A DNA stretch of 64,000 nt from the human T2T-CHM13v2.0 reference genome, Homo sapiens, in assembly GCF_009914755.1 (NCBI RefSeq), contig NC_060933.1. The stretch is one strand, 5' to 3'. Below the pieces are notes generated by a model. The model did not search any database, was not told the origin of the DNA, and saw only the letters and a program-made list of their open reading frames with translations. Of the stretch, positions 35,254 through 54,350 are shown piece by piece. Within the stretch, counting starts at the first letter, position 1. Each line of letters opens with the position of its first letter. The translations under genes and the position numbers were made by a program.

Positions 35254-36871
35254 AATACATGAATACCTTCTATCAGATTATAATTAAATTTTAGGCCTGA
35301 GAAATAGTTTCTTTAAGGTGCTTTACATGTGGCTTTACTCTGTTCTGATCTATTCATTAATTAATTTTATAGTTTAACTCCCATAGGATAATCTTATAAT
35401 CTTTATTTGCAAGTTTTTGCAGAATATATCATAACTGCCCACACAGATGAAGTGTACGATTCAAAGCTATTAAGTTTAAGAAAAATTATAGCAAATATAT
35501 ACAAATGAATAAATTTGAACCAGACATAGCTCATATATAAAGTTGCTATTGAATTTTGTATGTTTGTCCTATATCTAACCACTTTGATGAATTTATATTC
35601 ATATTAGTAGCTTTTCTGTGATTCTCTTGATTTTCCAAATATAAAATCATACCGTCTGCAACTAGTGGTTTTCATCTCATTCTTTCCAATATTTACTGTT
35701 TTGTGTCCTCTTCTACTAATCCGAACAACTCTTGTTATTGTTTTATTTGGGGAATGTTATGAATTTCTAGTTGGGACAAAAGTAATAGTGTATCATAATG
35801 ATAGTAACAGGCATTCTCTTTTTCTTATTTTAATTGAACATACTTTTAGTGTTTCTCTAAGTACAACGTTGGCTATTTAATAAAGAAGCTCTTCATCATA
35901 GGTTCAGTGCTTTAGTTAAGAACACGTGATGAGTGTTATTAGATTTTACTAAATGACTGTTACGAAAGCATGTGATTGTCTTATTTATCCTATCGACATA
36001 GTTTATAGTATTAAATTTTTTTTTTTTTTAGTCAAGGTCTTGCTCTGTAACCCAGGCAGGAGTACAGTGGTGTGATCATAGCTCACCGCAGTCTTTATCT
36101 TCTGAACTCAAGCAATCCTCCTGCCCCAGCCTCCTAAGTAGCTAGCACTGCACAGACGTGGCACCACACTCAGCTAGTTTTTTATTTTATAGATGGGGTC
36201 TTGCTATATTGCTCAGGCTAGTCTTGAACTCTTGGCCTCTAGCAATCCTCGTGCCTTATGCTCCCAAAGTGCTGGGATTACAGACGTGAGATACTGCACC
36301 TGGCCTGATTTTCCTTTACCTAATCTTCATGCATGATTCAGATAAACTCTTTTGATAGATGATTCTATTAATAGCCTATTGGCTAGTATTTTATTTAAAT
36401 TCTTCTATTCTATATTGATAAACTACTTTGGGGTAAAGTTTTCTTTCATGTGTGCTAATTTTGTCTGGAAACAGTATCATTATCATAATAATTCCTATCA
36501 TTTACTGAGTGCTATTTTCCAGAAACTACGCTAGGCTTCATAGATCTTAATCTGCAATCACGACAATCCTGTGAGATCAGCATTCACAACTTATTTGAGA
36601 AGGAAAAAGCAGCTCAGAAAAGATCAAAGACATGATCAAAGCCATACAAGTATTTTGTGGCCTAACTGCTACAGAATGAATTGGATAGTTCTGACCTTTT
36701 TCATTGCCCTAAATTGTATATCTGACTCTAAAGGTTTCAAAGTATTATTGGGCCGGGCACGGTGGCTCACGTCTGTAATCGCAGCATTTTGGGAGGCCGA
36801 GGGGGGTGGTTCATCTGAGGTCAGGAGTTCGACACCAGCCTGGCCAACATGGTGAAACCCCATCTCTACTA

Positions 36872-37063
<192 letters not shown>

Positions 37064-38399
37064 TTATTGGTAAACCCAGAAGGGCTAGAAGCCTTTCTTG
37101 GGGGGAAAAGGAAATAATTTTGATAACTTTCCTACATTTCTAGCCAGTGATGGGGCTGTTCTGATTTCTTTCATATAGCCATTCAATCTTTTGCCTAGGA
37201 AATTATTTCTTTAACTGGGGTTTAAAATATATTCACTAGCTGGGTGTGGTGGCTCATAATCCCAGCACTTTGGAAGACCAAGGTGGGAGAATCGCTTACA
37301 GCAGGGAGCTCAAGATCAGCCTGGAGAACATAGCAAGACCCTATCTCTACACAAAATTTAAAAATTAGCCAGGTGTGGTGGCATGTTTCTGTAGTCCTAG
37401 TACTCGGGAGGCTGACATAGGAGGATCTCTTGAGCCCAGGAGTATGAGGCTGCAGTGAGCTATGACTGTACCACTGCACTCCATGCACTCCAGCCTGGGT
37501 GACAGAATGAAAACCTGTCTCTTAAAAAAAAAAAAAAAAGCATTCACTTAAAACAGTATATAATGTTCTTTTTAAAGATCTCTTCTTCTCTTCTTCAACA
37601 AATAACTCATGGACCTAAGGACTAGACACTGCTACAGGTGCTAGAGATACAACAGTAAACAAAACAGAAAAAACTCTATCTTCTGGAGCTGACATTTATG
37701 TAAGTATTTTTTTATTTTTATTTTTATTTTTTGAGATGATGTCTCACTCTGTTGCCCAGGCTGGAGTGCAGTGGCGATCTCAGCTCACTGCAACCACCAC
37801 CTCCCGGGTTCAAGCAACTCTCCCTGCCTCAGCCTCCCTACTAGCTGGGATTACAGGCATGTGCCACCACACCCGGCTAATTTTTGTATTTTTAGTAGAG
37901 ACAGGGTTTCACCATGTTGGCAAGGCTGGTCTCGAACTCCTGACCTCAGGCAATCCACCCGCCTCAGCCTCCCAAAGTGCTGGGATTACAGGCGTGAGCC
38001 ACCGTGCCCGGCCTAGAGCTGAGTTGGATGGGGGATGGAGAAATGGTAGATTGTGACCCACAGTAAACTAACCAACTAAATAAATAAGTTATATAATATC
38101 ACAGAAGGTGACAAGTGCTACATATGGAAGCACAGCACATAGTTAATAGCACAGGTTTTACAGTCCATTGTTTTACATTCCAACTTGGCTACCTACTATC
38201 TGTGTGATCTTGGGCAAATTACTTAACCTTTATCTGTGCCTTGGTTTTCTTATCAGTAAAATGGGAACAATAAAAGCAACACACTGTGTTGTGCAGGAAT
38301 TAAACGTATACACATAAAATGCTTAGAACAGTGCATATTGCTAGTCACTACAGAAAAGTTAACTGTTATGATTATTAAGAAAAAGAAAGGTGGATGAGG

Positions 38400-39290
38400 A
38401 GTACTGGGGAGGCATATAATTTTAAGTAGGACAATTAGGGAAGACCTTTTAAAAGGCTTTATTTGCTCAAACACCTAAAGAATAATGTAGGTATCTTTGG
38501 AAGAGCATTCAAGGCAGAGGGAAAAGAATGTAAAGATCTAGGGCAGATGACTGCCTGATATGTTTCAGGAACAGCAAGGGGGTCAGTGTGGCTGAAGAGA
38601 ACTGAGCAATCAGGGGCCAGGGAAGAGAGAAGATCAGAGATGTTTTTGGAAGACTGGGGAGGGAGGGGTATATGTAAGCAGAAAAAATAAAGCCTTTCTT
38701 CTGAGTGAGATGACAGGCCATTGGTGATTTTGAGTAGAAAGGTGGCATATCTGTCTTATAGGCACACTTACAGGAGAGCGAGGAAGGAGGAAGACTCATT
38801 AGAAGGCTACTGCAGTAATTCAGGTGAATGATGATGGTGGTATGAGCCAGGATGAGGCAGAGGAGGTAATAGGATCTTGGATATACATATTAGTTCGAGT
38901 CAACAGGATTTCCTAAAATGGATGTTGGATGTGAGGGGAGGAGTAGTCAAGTACGAAATCAAGGATTATGGCCGGGGCAACTATAATAGCATAGTAGCCA
39001 TGAACTAAAATGGGGAAAGCTGTATATGGAAGAGCCTAGGAATTCCGCCTTGGGCATGTTCAGTTTGCAAACTCTACCAACTAAATTATAACTAAAGATA
39101 TGGAGTAGGTAGATAATATTCAAGTTGAGTTTGAGAGAGAGGTCTGGCTTGGAGGTTGTCAACACAGAAACAGCAAAGCCATAAAATCAGCTAAGAACAT
39201 CAGGAAGTCAGCTGTAGGTGGAAAAGAACAAGGACTGAACTCAAGGGCACTTCACTGATAAAAGGGCAGAGAGATACAGAAAAATCTGTA
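38400..39290. mobile_element. L2 fragment
   Basis: Purine-rich L2-like text (gaagagcattcaaggcagaggg; agaaggctactgcagtaattcagg). Confidence 0.65.
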
Positions 39291-40117
39291 GAGGAGACTG
39301 AAAGGATATGCAGATTCCAGAACTCTTGCCCTGAATCAATCTAGCAACTTGAATTTGGGTTTTGAAGATCTCATCTGGAAAAGGGGACAAATGTCACAGC
39401 TCAGCATCTGTCCAAGATGGGAATCTAATAGAAAACTCGCCCTGCATTAAACTGGAATCCTCAGGGCTACAGCCTTTAAATTGGAATCCTAAAAGGGTAC
39501 ACCCTTTAACCTGGAATCCTAAAGGGCTATACTGTCAGTATAAGGATTAACCAAAACCAAACTTGACACTTCCTCTCCCTTCCATGATCACTCCACATGG
39601 GACTGCAAAACATTTTTTCTTGATGCTGAGCAGAAAACAAAAGAAAACAAAAATTAGTTCCTGAGGGTTGTCAGTGTAAGTCAGCCCTCCTGCATATTTG
39701 CAGCCCAGATTTCTATCAACTAGGTGATCCCAAACTGGTAGTGCCTCTGGGTGTCTGGCATAAGCAAATGCAGACCCTCTCTGAATAAAGGTATCCTCAT
39801 CCTAGGGCTCTATGAACTTCATACAAGTAATTTTTAAGAAGAAGAAGAAGAAACATAGTCAAAAATAATCAAGCATACAGGGGCACAAAAACAGCAAAGG
39901 ATGTCTCAAACAGCAAAATCAGATTTCATATAGAAAATCCAATTTCAGCTGGGCACGGTGGCTCACACCTGTAATCCCAGAACTTTGGGAGGCAGAGGCG
40001 GGCAGATCACCTGAGGTTGGGAGTTTGAGGCCACCCTGACCAACATGGAGAAACCCCGTCTCTACTAAAAATACAAAATTAGCCAGGCGTGGTGGCACAT
40101 GCCTGTAATCCTAGCTA

Positions 40118-40222
<105 letters not shown>

Positions 40223-40465
40223 TCAATAAAAAAAAAAAAAAAAAGAAATTCCAATTTCATATATGATTATAGAAAATATCACACAGACAACAAATAATAA
40301 GTATGCTTATTAAGTTTGAAGAAATAAGAAATAAACTTGAAAATAAGAAACTATAAAAAGGGCAATGGAGTGTCCGGGCGCGGTGGCTCATGCCTGTAAT
40401 CCCAGTACTTTGGGAGGCCAAGGCAGGCAGATCACGACGTCAGGAGATAGAGACCATCCTGGCTA

Positions 40466-40807
<342 letters not shown>

Positions 40808-42104
40808 CTAGATCAGAAGAAACTATACAAATCTCAACCAAAGAAACAAAATGATGGAAAATACAGACAGAAGAGAGGTTAAGAAATGTGGAGGACACAG
40901 TGTGAATGTCTAATACACATATTTAATTGGAGCTCCATAAGGTGAGGAGAGAGAAGCTTAGATACCATCGATATGTGAAGAGAAAATGAGAATTTCCCAG
41001 CAGTAACAAAAAACTCCAACCTACCACCTCAGGAAGTCCAACAAATCCCAATAGATTTAAGCCAAACCTAGATATATCACCATATAACTGCAGGACAGCA
41101 AAAACAAAAAGGTCTTTCAAAGCAGCAAGAGAGAAATGGAATGAAGGTGAGGCTGACTGGCAGAAGAGCTCTTACATAACTGAATCCTGTTGTGAATGCC
41201 TTAAGAAACTGATTGCTGTAGACATCAGTCAAATACTTTAGGATGAGGCTGTTTAGATAAATACTCCTGTTTTGACAAATCTGTAAGTCATTTTCACAGG
41301 CAGGGATCCAGCTAGCTCTGTCATAAATACTTAAATGTGCAAAAGGATTTTCTTCTTCCAGGGGAAAAAAGAAAAAGAAGTATTGCCCAAAATGACTGAG
41401 GGCCTTTTTTTTGAGATGGAGTCTCGCTCTGTCGCCCAGGCTGGAGTGCAGTGGTGCGATCTCGGCTCACTGCCTCCCAGGTTCAAGAGATTCTCCTGCC
41501 TCGGCCTCCTGAATAGCTGGGATTACAGGCATGTGCCACCATGCCTAGCTAATTTTTGTATTTTTAGTAGAGATGGGGTTTCACCATGTTGGTCAGGCTG
41601 GTTTCAAACTCCTGACCTTGTGATCCGCCTGCCTCGGCCTCCCAAAGTGCTGGGATTACAAGTGTAAGCCACTGCACCTGGATGGCTTTTTTTTATTATT
41701 ATTATTTTAAACTCCTACTAAATACTACATTACCACAGACAAGGCCAATCAACTTGCTTAGTTTGCCCCTACTGGCAATCTAAGAGCCAAAATATGGGCC
41801 ATACTTGTTACACAAATATTGGTATTTCAATCACAGTATTCCTCTAATATGAGGCTCAGACAAGCCTGAAAAGCTACTCTTTCCCTACGTGGGAAAGAGC
41901 ATGGGCACTGCAATGAGAAAGACTGGTGTTGGAAATATTAGACAAGATCCTGAACCTCAGAGGCAAAGTTTCCTCAAGTACAAAATAAGGACAATAGCTC
42001 CCTCATTTCATCATTCAACATGCACTGATTAAGACTCTTTTGGCCGGGCATGGTGGCTCACACCTGTAATCCCAACACTTTGGGAGGCCGAGCTGAGTGG
42101 ATCA

Positions 42105-42357
<253 letters not shown>

Positions 42358-42397
42358 TTAAGTGTGAGGCACTGGGTAAGGATATATGTATCTATAA

Positions 42398-42450
42398 ACA
42401 CACACACACACACACACAACACCTACACACATGCACACACATACACACAC
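42398..42450. repeat. Imperfect (CA)n microsatellite
   Basis: Seen directly. Confidence 0.85.
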
Positions 42451-43238
42451 GCTTCAGGGAAAACATGGCATCATGCTGGTCACTAGACCTTTATATTCCA
42501 GGTGGAATAGTTGCATCTTCTCTGATATACATGACCAGGCCATGAAGGAAGACCTAAAGATACTGGCATTAGGGATTACCCAACTATAAGGTCCAGCTCA
42601 GTTGGAACCAGTCCCAGAGCTCAGTTGGAATCACCCCTCAGAGCTTCTGATCAGTTTGCTAGGCTCCAATCTTAAGTATGAGCAAACAAGCAGGGATTAT
42701 GATACTCTCAGGGAAGTCTCTAATGAGAAAGACAGAGGCAAAAACAAGCAGAAACAAATGAAGAAAGAGGAAGCAGATACGAGGCAGGGAGAAATTTTAA
42801 ATGATCACTGATATTCTCAAAGGAAAGTGATATATTTCAACCATGATTTAAAAAAACCCAAAATAATTATATATATATGTGCATATGTATGTATGTGTTA
42901 CATAAACACACATGCATCTATTTCTATATATATGAAAGGAAAATAGACAAATGAAAAATCTCAATAAAAGGCTTAGAAGATAAAGATGAGGGGATTTCCT
43001 AAAGAAAAAATGTATTAAAGAGCAAAGGACAGACAAACAAATAAAAGACAACCAGACCAGAATGTGCAATAACGAAAAAAGTTCTTAAAAGACAGAACAG
43101 GAAAAAAGAAAATGCAGAGAGAAAAATAAATGGACTAACTCTAGAAAATGAGCAGTTTCCAGACTGAAATAATTCACCAAGTACATGTTAAGCACCATAG
43201 TTAAAAGTAAATCCAGACCAGCCAGGCACAGTGGCTCA

Positions 43239-43499
<261 letters not shown>

Positions 43500-43660
43500 T
43501 TAAAAAATAAAAAAGTAAAGTCAAACCAGGAAACGATATTGAGAAACTGAAAAATCACTAAGAAGAAAGAGAAGATTCTATACGTTTCCAGACACTGAAA
43601 ATGTGTTGCATAAAAAAGAAAACAGAATTAGAATGCTTCATGCTTCTTAAGAAATATTGG

Positions 43661-44876
<1,216 letters not shown>

Positions 44877-45553
44877 CTATCAAAATTATCTATGGTGTGG
44901 ATAAAATGATGGAAAGGGTAGAAATGTGAGTTGGGGACAGAAAGAGGAAAGGGAGATAAATTTCTCTTTCATAGTGGGAAATTAATACATAACGCTAAAA
45001 CTGAAGAATCAAGAATTATCAATGCCAGTATATTATTTAGAAAAATAGTGGTTAGGGGAGAGAAGGAAGGAAAAAAGAAAAAAGAAAAATGGTGGTTAAA
45101 AAACAAAATAGCCAAAAACTATTTGAAGAGCGGCCTCTGGGAAGAGGCAAATAGGGGTTGCAACAAAAAGTGGGAGACTGCTGTTTTTAGTAGCAAATCT
45201 GGAGGGATTTCTGAGTGAGTAGTTCTCTCACCAGGACAGCACAATACAGCTAGTCTTCATAAATACTGTAGCTGAGACCCACCCCAGGTGAAGTGATCAG
45301 AATCACAGGAGGTGGATGGGACCCAGCTACAAGTGGTTCGAAAAGGGCTCTGAAAGTTTCTGATGCACAGAAATAGTTGAGAAATACAACTTTAAACTAT
45401 ATGCACGAGTTACTTCATAAACATTAACAAGTGGCCAGGCGCAGTGGCTCATGCCTACAATCCCAGAACTTTGGAAGGCCGAGGTGGGTGGATCACCTGA
45501 GGTTGGGAGTTCGAGACCAGCCTGACCAACATGGGGAAATCCCATCTCTACTA

Positions 45554-45796
<243 letters not shown>

Positions 45797-46076
45797 TTAC
45801 AAAACACTTATATACTCATAAAACATCCAGACCTATATAAAACATATATAGCAAAGAAAATACTCCAGAAATAATACATCAGTTACCCAGTTCTCTTTTC
45901 TCATTAAAAACTTGCAGGTCGGGCATGGTGGCTCATGCCTGTAATCCCAGCACTTCGGGAGGCTGAGGTGGGCGGATCACGAGGTCAGGAGTTCAAGACC
46001 AGCCTGACCAACATGGTGAAACCCCATCTCTACTAAAAACACAAAAAGTAGCCAGGTGTGGTGGCGTGTGCCTCTA

Positions 46077-46247
<171 letters not shown>

Positions 46248-46662
46248 TTAAGACTTTACAATGCTTAATTTCATTTCATCTAATTAATTTATTAGAGATA
46301 CGGTGTTGCTCTCTCACTCAGGCTGGAATGCAGTGGCACGATCGCAGCTCATGCATCTTTGAACTCCTGGGCTCAAGAGATCCTCCTGCCTCAGCTTCCT
46401 GAAGTAGCTGGGACTACAGGCTCACAAAAACATGCCTGGCTAATTTTTAAATTTTTAAAATAGATTTGGGATCTTGCTATCTTGCCCAGCTTTGTCTCAA
46501 ACTGCTGGTTCAAGTGATCCTCTTGCCTTGGCCTCCCAAAGTGCTGGGATTACAGGTGTGAGACACTGCACCCAGCCTACAAATGCTTTTGTGGGAAAAA
46601 TAAATATGAGACACCTTTATATGCTACCAAAGAGAACTACATGCTTAAATTAAATGTAGTAA

Positions 46663-47059
<397 letters not shown>

Positions 47060-47729
47060 TGAAGATTGGTATGTTCTGGACGATTTATTTCTTCAGAGGA
47101 GTGACAGTGCCTGTGCCATCAAAAGCAAACAACAACAACAAAAGACTTGCTATTATTCCACAGCTGTCCTGTGCATCACAATATTAAAATCTAAAATTAA
47201 GCCATGATGCATTACTTGAGCAAATACATTTCCAATTATACACAATGGTGTCTTTAAAAGTCGGCATCCAACATTCATCCTAAATCTAAATAGTCCTCTG
47301 GAAATAGCAGGCACATACAATGAATGGTATTGCTGAGAAGTGGTATCCAATAATGCCCAATTAAATTGGGAGAAACTAATGGATTGCTAAAGTACTCTCA
47401 ATGATGCTAGATCATGTTAAACAATACATTGGACCCAGTGCAAAAACACATTCTGTCACATCACCAAACTGCTGCAACAAATTCATTTTCATTGACAAAG
47501 ACAGAGTACTTCTTTTGAATTCTGTGAAGACACAAAATGCCTGGACCCCTCTGGCTTTATAAGTTTAATTGGGGTAGCCAATAAACCTTTTCATTCAGCA
47601 GCTTCTCACATTCTTCCATTTCCCACAAAAACAAAACAAATATACAATTTAAGAAAGTACACTGCTGGCTGGGTACGGTGGAACACGCCTGTAATCCCAA
47701 CATTTTGGGAGGCCAAGGCGGGTGGATCA

Positions 47730-48101
<372 letters not shown>

Positions 48102-48413
48102 CTAAATGGAAAATGTATACTTGGGGTCAGCTCTCTTGGCTACCAGACATTTTCATTGGTTTCCTGATAGAAACCTATCAGGAGTTTGCTTCTCCCTCTA
48201 ACTGCAGTATGAACACCCACAACAGAAACAGTTTGAAGTGGCAGATCTGTGCACCCAGAATATTTTGAACACATTTTTCACTAATCAAACATTTTGACCA
48301 GATACAAAGGACTCTAAAGACTGTGCTTTCGTTTTCCTGTAAATTACTATAGTTTGAATTATAATATCCACCTTTAAAGTGTTTCACTGCTGGCATTTTT
48401 TTTTTTTTTTTGA

Positions 48414-48572
<159 letters not shown>

Positions 48573-49293
48573 TAGTAGAGATGGGGGTTTCTCCATGTTG
48601 GTTAGGCTGGTCTCGAACTCCTGACCTCAGGTAATCTGCCCGCCTCGGCCTCCCAAAATGTTGGGATTACAGGCGTGAGCCACTGCACCCAGCTGACCAC
48701 TGGCATTCTTTATAAAATCACTGAAAATCATCACTTCAATAGTGAAATATAAAACGAAGGATGTTCAAGTTAGATCCCTGTCACTTATTTCAGCATTCAG
48801 GGCCATCTTTTTTTTGTGATTGTCACAAATTTTCAAAAAATCAAGTGCATGTAAAACAGTATGTTAATATTCAAAGACTAAAACTATGGGCTAGAAGTTT
48901 TACTTAAACTACAGCAGCTCAGCATGAGAAGGGGAAACGTTTGAACACTAGAGAAATTCACCCTTATACCTCTACCTCTATAAAAGAAAATTATTCTGGG
49001 TTATATAACAAAAATAAACCTCCCACCAGAGATCTTGGAAATCTTGAATTTTTTTTTCCTGCAGGAGGATTTATTATTTTCCACTGAGTGTCCATTCATG
49101 CGTTTTCTTCTTGTTTCTATTCATAGCACCCGATCCTGACTAGCATGCACAACCTCAAAAGAAAAGAAACACTAAATACAAACTGTGTAAAATTAAATAA
49201 AATAAAGCAAAATAAAAAGGCACACATTAAGAGTGGGTACCCTTGGGTTGGTGCCACAATGTCTACCTGTGCAATAGCTCTCATGGAACTCAC

Positions 49294-49375
49294 CTTATAC
49301 GCAACACTATTAGACGAATCCACAATGATGAACAGTGGCTTCCTGGTGAAAGGATAGAGATCCCCGGGATGAAGG
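49294..49375 (-). CDS. SCAI: SCAI coding exon, (C)LHPGDLYPFTRKPLFIIVDSSNSVAYK
   Basis: 82 bp; cccag| and |gtgagt; phase 2/0. Confidence 0.95.
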
Positions 49376-50792
49376 CTGGGAAAACAACAACGAAGAACTG
49401 TTAAACTGTGTCAGCCACATCTCAGAAATCTTATTCTTCAGTTTGGTCTGCTCATATCTCCTTTGCATCATAGCACTGAGAGAAAAACAAAGACTAGTTA
49501 AGCAAAGGGGAAAAAAAGCCTGTATTTACTAGGATAGCCAAGATAGTTCTATTTGGAGAAAAAAAAAAAAGTTCAGAGACAATTGTTATTCAAGAATATC
49601 TAAGCTAAAGTGAAGTCTGTGTATTTAAAGATGACTAAACACACAGCATGAAAACCTCAGAAGCTGGCAAACAGATACCTGTTTCATATTTAAAAGCTCC
49701 TTGTAAGAACATCTGGAAACAAGATGTAATAACAAAACCAGATTTGTATTTCAATGAGTCTTCAAAATTTCTATTTTAAAGATTTTTAATATTTCAGGCT
49801 ACATCTTAATACTGCAGGTAGTAAGTAGGAAAATCTTTTTACTATCACTATTTTTTTTTTTAAAGACACCGTCTTGCTCCGTGGCCCAGGCTGGAGTACA
49901 GTGGTGTTGTGCAATCGCAGCTCACAGCAACCTCCATGTCCCGGGCTCAGGTGATCCTCCCACCTCAGCCTCCTTGAGTAGCTGGGACTGCAGACATGTA
50001 CCAACACAACCAGCTAATTTTTCTCTTTTTAGTAGAGATGGGGTTTCTCCATATTGCCCAGGCTGGTCTCGAACTCCTGAGCTCAAGCAATCTGCCCACC
50101 TCAGCTTCCCAAAGTGCTAGGATTATGGGCATGAGTCACTGTGCCCAGCTACTTTTTACCATATGTTTCCTCTAAACATTTGCATCAAGGGCTTGTTAAA
50201 CATGCAGTTTGACTGGCCCACAGAAGAGCTACTGAACCCAAAGGCGGAAATCCAGTAACATGCATGTGAGAGCCAATGCGTAAGGTCAGAATCTTGGTGT
50301 GCGTGCTCTTTCCGATGACTGAGTACACGATGTGCATATGTGGATAGATACTAATGTAAATGTAAATTTATGAATGTTTCACTGAGCAATATCATCAAAC
50401 TTCATTATATTTCAAATAAAAGTTTTTCTTTTATTGACAAATAAAAATTGTATATATTCAAGGTATACAATGTGATGACTTGTTAATGCATACATGTATA
50501 GTGATTACCACGATCAAATTAATCAACACCTCCATTCCCACACCGTTACCCTTCGTGTGTGTGGGCGGTGGGGCGGGGGTGGGGGGGTGGTGCTGGGGGC
50601 AGTGGGCAGAGAGGACACATAAGCTTTACTCTTTCAGAAAATTTCGAGTAAACAACAATTTTTGTTATTGTTGTTGTTTGAGATGGGGTCTCACTTTGTC
50701 ACCAAGGCTGGAGTACAGTGGCAAGATCATAGCTAACTGCAGCCTCGATCTCCCAGGCTCAAGTGATACTCCTGCCTCAGTCTCCCAAGTAG

Positions 50793-51293
<501 letters not shown>

Positions 51294-51475
51294 TAGTATT
51301 TTTAATTATCACCACCATGCTGTACTTTAAATGATATTTATCTTACAACTGAGAGGCTGCACCCTTTAACCAACATCTCCCTATTTTCCCCAATCCTCAG
51401 CTCCTCAGAACTACCGTTGCACTCTGCTTCTGAGTGCAACTTTTTCAGATTCCACATATAAGTGATCATGCCATA

Positions 51476-51822
51476 CAGGTTCAGTATTCCTAATCTGAAA
51501 ATCCAAAACGAAAAATGCTCCAAAATCCAAAAAGTTTTCAGAGCCAACACGATGCCACAAGTAGAAAATTCCACACCTGACCTCACATGATGGATCATAG
51601 TCATGCAGGTGCACAACACATAGTTTATCCAGGATCTCAAAGGGAAAAATAAAATTACTTTCAGGCAATGTGTATGAGTTGTATATGAAACACAAGTCAA
51701 TTTCATGGGTCCCATCCCTAAGGTACCTTACTATCTATATACAAATATTCCAAAATCTGGAAAAATCCAAAACCCGAAACACTTTTGGTCCCACATATTT
51801 CAGATAAGGGATATTCAATATG
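51476..51822 (-). mobile_element. Tigger4/Zombi-type MITE adjoining an L1MA fragment
   Basis: TIRs caggttcagtattcctaat ... ataagggatattcaatatg, flanked by TA. Confidence 0.8.
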
Positions 51823-51940
51823 TATTAGAAACAAAGTTTTAGACCAGTCCAGTTTTCTTTATAACCAGATTGCTCTCAGCTAGAAAAATTCTAGAGCCAA
51901 TGAGCCAATAACAGCCCAAGCAATGAAGTTGTTATGCTTA

Positions 51941-52319
<379 letters not shown>

Positions 52320-52484
52320 TTAAAAAAATTTTTTTTTAAGTTTTTGTAGAGACAGAGTCTCACTAAGTTGCCCAGGATGGTCTCAAACTCCTGGGTTCAT
52401 GTGATCCTCCTACCTCAGCCTCCTAAAATGTTGGGATCATAGGCATGAGCCACTGCTCCTGGCCTGAAGTTCTATTTGTAATCA

Positions 52485-52928
<444 letters not shown>

Positions 52929-53116
52929 CTAGTGTTCTATACCACTGTAGCATGACTATAGTTAATAATATGTTATATAGTTTTTATTTTCTCTTTTTTG
53001 TTTTTTTGACACAGAGTCTTGCTCTATCACCCAGACTGGAGCACAATCTCAGTTCACTGCAACCTCGACCTAATGGGTTCAAGTGATTCTCCTGCCTCAG
53101 CCTCCTGAGTAGGTAG

Positions 53117-53284
<168 letters not shown>

Positions 53285-53529
53285 TAAATAGCTAGAAAAA
53301 AGATATTAAATGTTCCCAACACAAGGAATGGATGTTTGAGATGATAAGTATGCTAATTACTCTGATCTGATCACAATACATTACAAATATAGAAACATCA
53401 TTAAGTACCCCAGGAATATTTACAATGATTATTTTTCAATTAAAAAAATAAAATAAAATAAAATGTGGCCGGGCACGGTGGCTCACACCTGTAATCCCAA
53501 CACTTTGGGAGGCCGGGGCAGGTGGATCA

Positions 53530-53899
<370 letters not shown>

Positions 53900-54250
53900 T
53901 TAAAAGTTCGTATTGATGTTACATGTATAATGTCCTGACATATTATTTATTTATGTATATATTTACTGTCTCCAACTAGAATGCAATTTTGTTCACTGAC
54001 ATATCCCTAGTGACTAAACAGTGTGTAACATATTTATTCAATGAATATCAACCAAAAGTTCTAATTTCCTAGGATAGACAGAGCCTGAATTATTGCTGGA
54101 ATCCAAATAAGTGTTTCTGGTCTGTCCCTAAATCTTAGTCTAAGGGAATCATTCTAGTACTAGAAAAAACTCCCCATTTTACTTAATATTTTTTCTATTT
54201 ATAGACAGAGGTATAATTTTTATAATAAGAGTAGACACCAGAATACATAC

Positions 54251-54350
54251 CAGTGCATTTCCTTGTGGGACTGATTTCGTTTGTGGATGGCATCTCCATT
54301 AATAATATCCCGGTTACTATTAGTAAGTACACCTCCAAAATCATAAGGAC
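54251..54350 (-). CDS. SCAI: SCAI coding exon, (G)PYDFGGVLTNSNRDIINGDAIHKRNQSHKEMH(C)
   Basis: 100 bp; tatag| and |gtatgt; phase 1/2; peptide visible in ORF 54220..54441. Confidence 0.95.

Noticed and set aside
41176-41354. Possible 179-nt cryptic exon on the minus strand
   Set aside because: Weak AAG acceptor and TAT|GTAAGA donor, with no other support
50297-50316. gtgtgcgtgctctttccgat resembles an Illumina adapter
   Set aside because: The match is imperfect and embedded in continuous sequence; probably chance
50286-50397. Possible intronic box C/D snoRNA on the minus strand (UGAUGA ... CUGA, ~112 nt)
   Set aside because: Box C lacks the leading purine, the terminal stem is weak and I recognise no guide sequence; an Rfam or snoscan search would settle it
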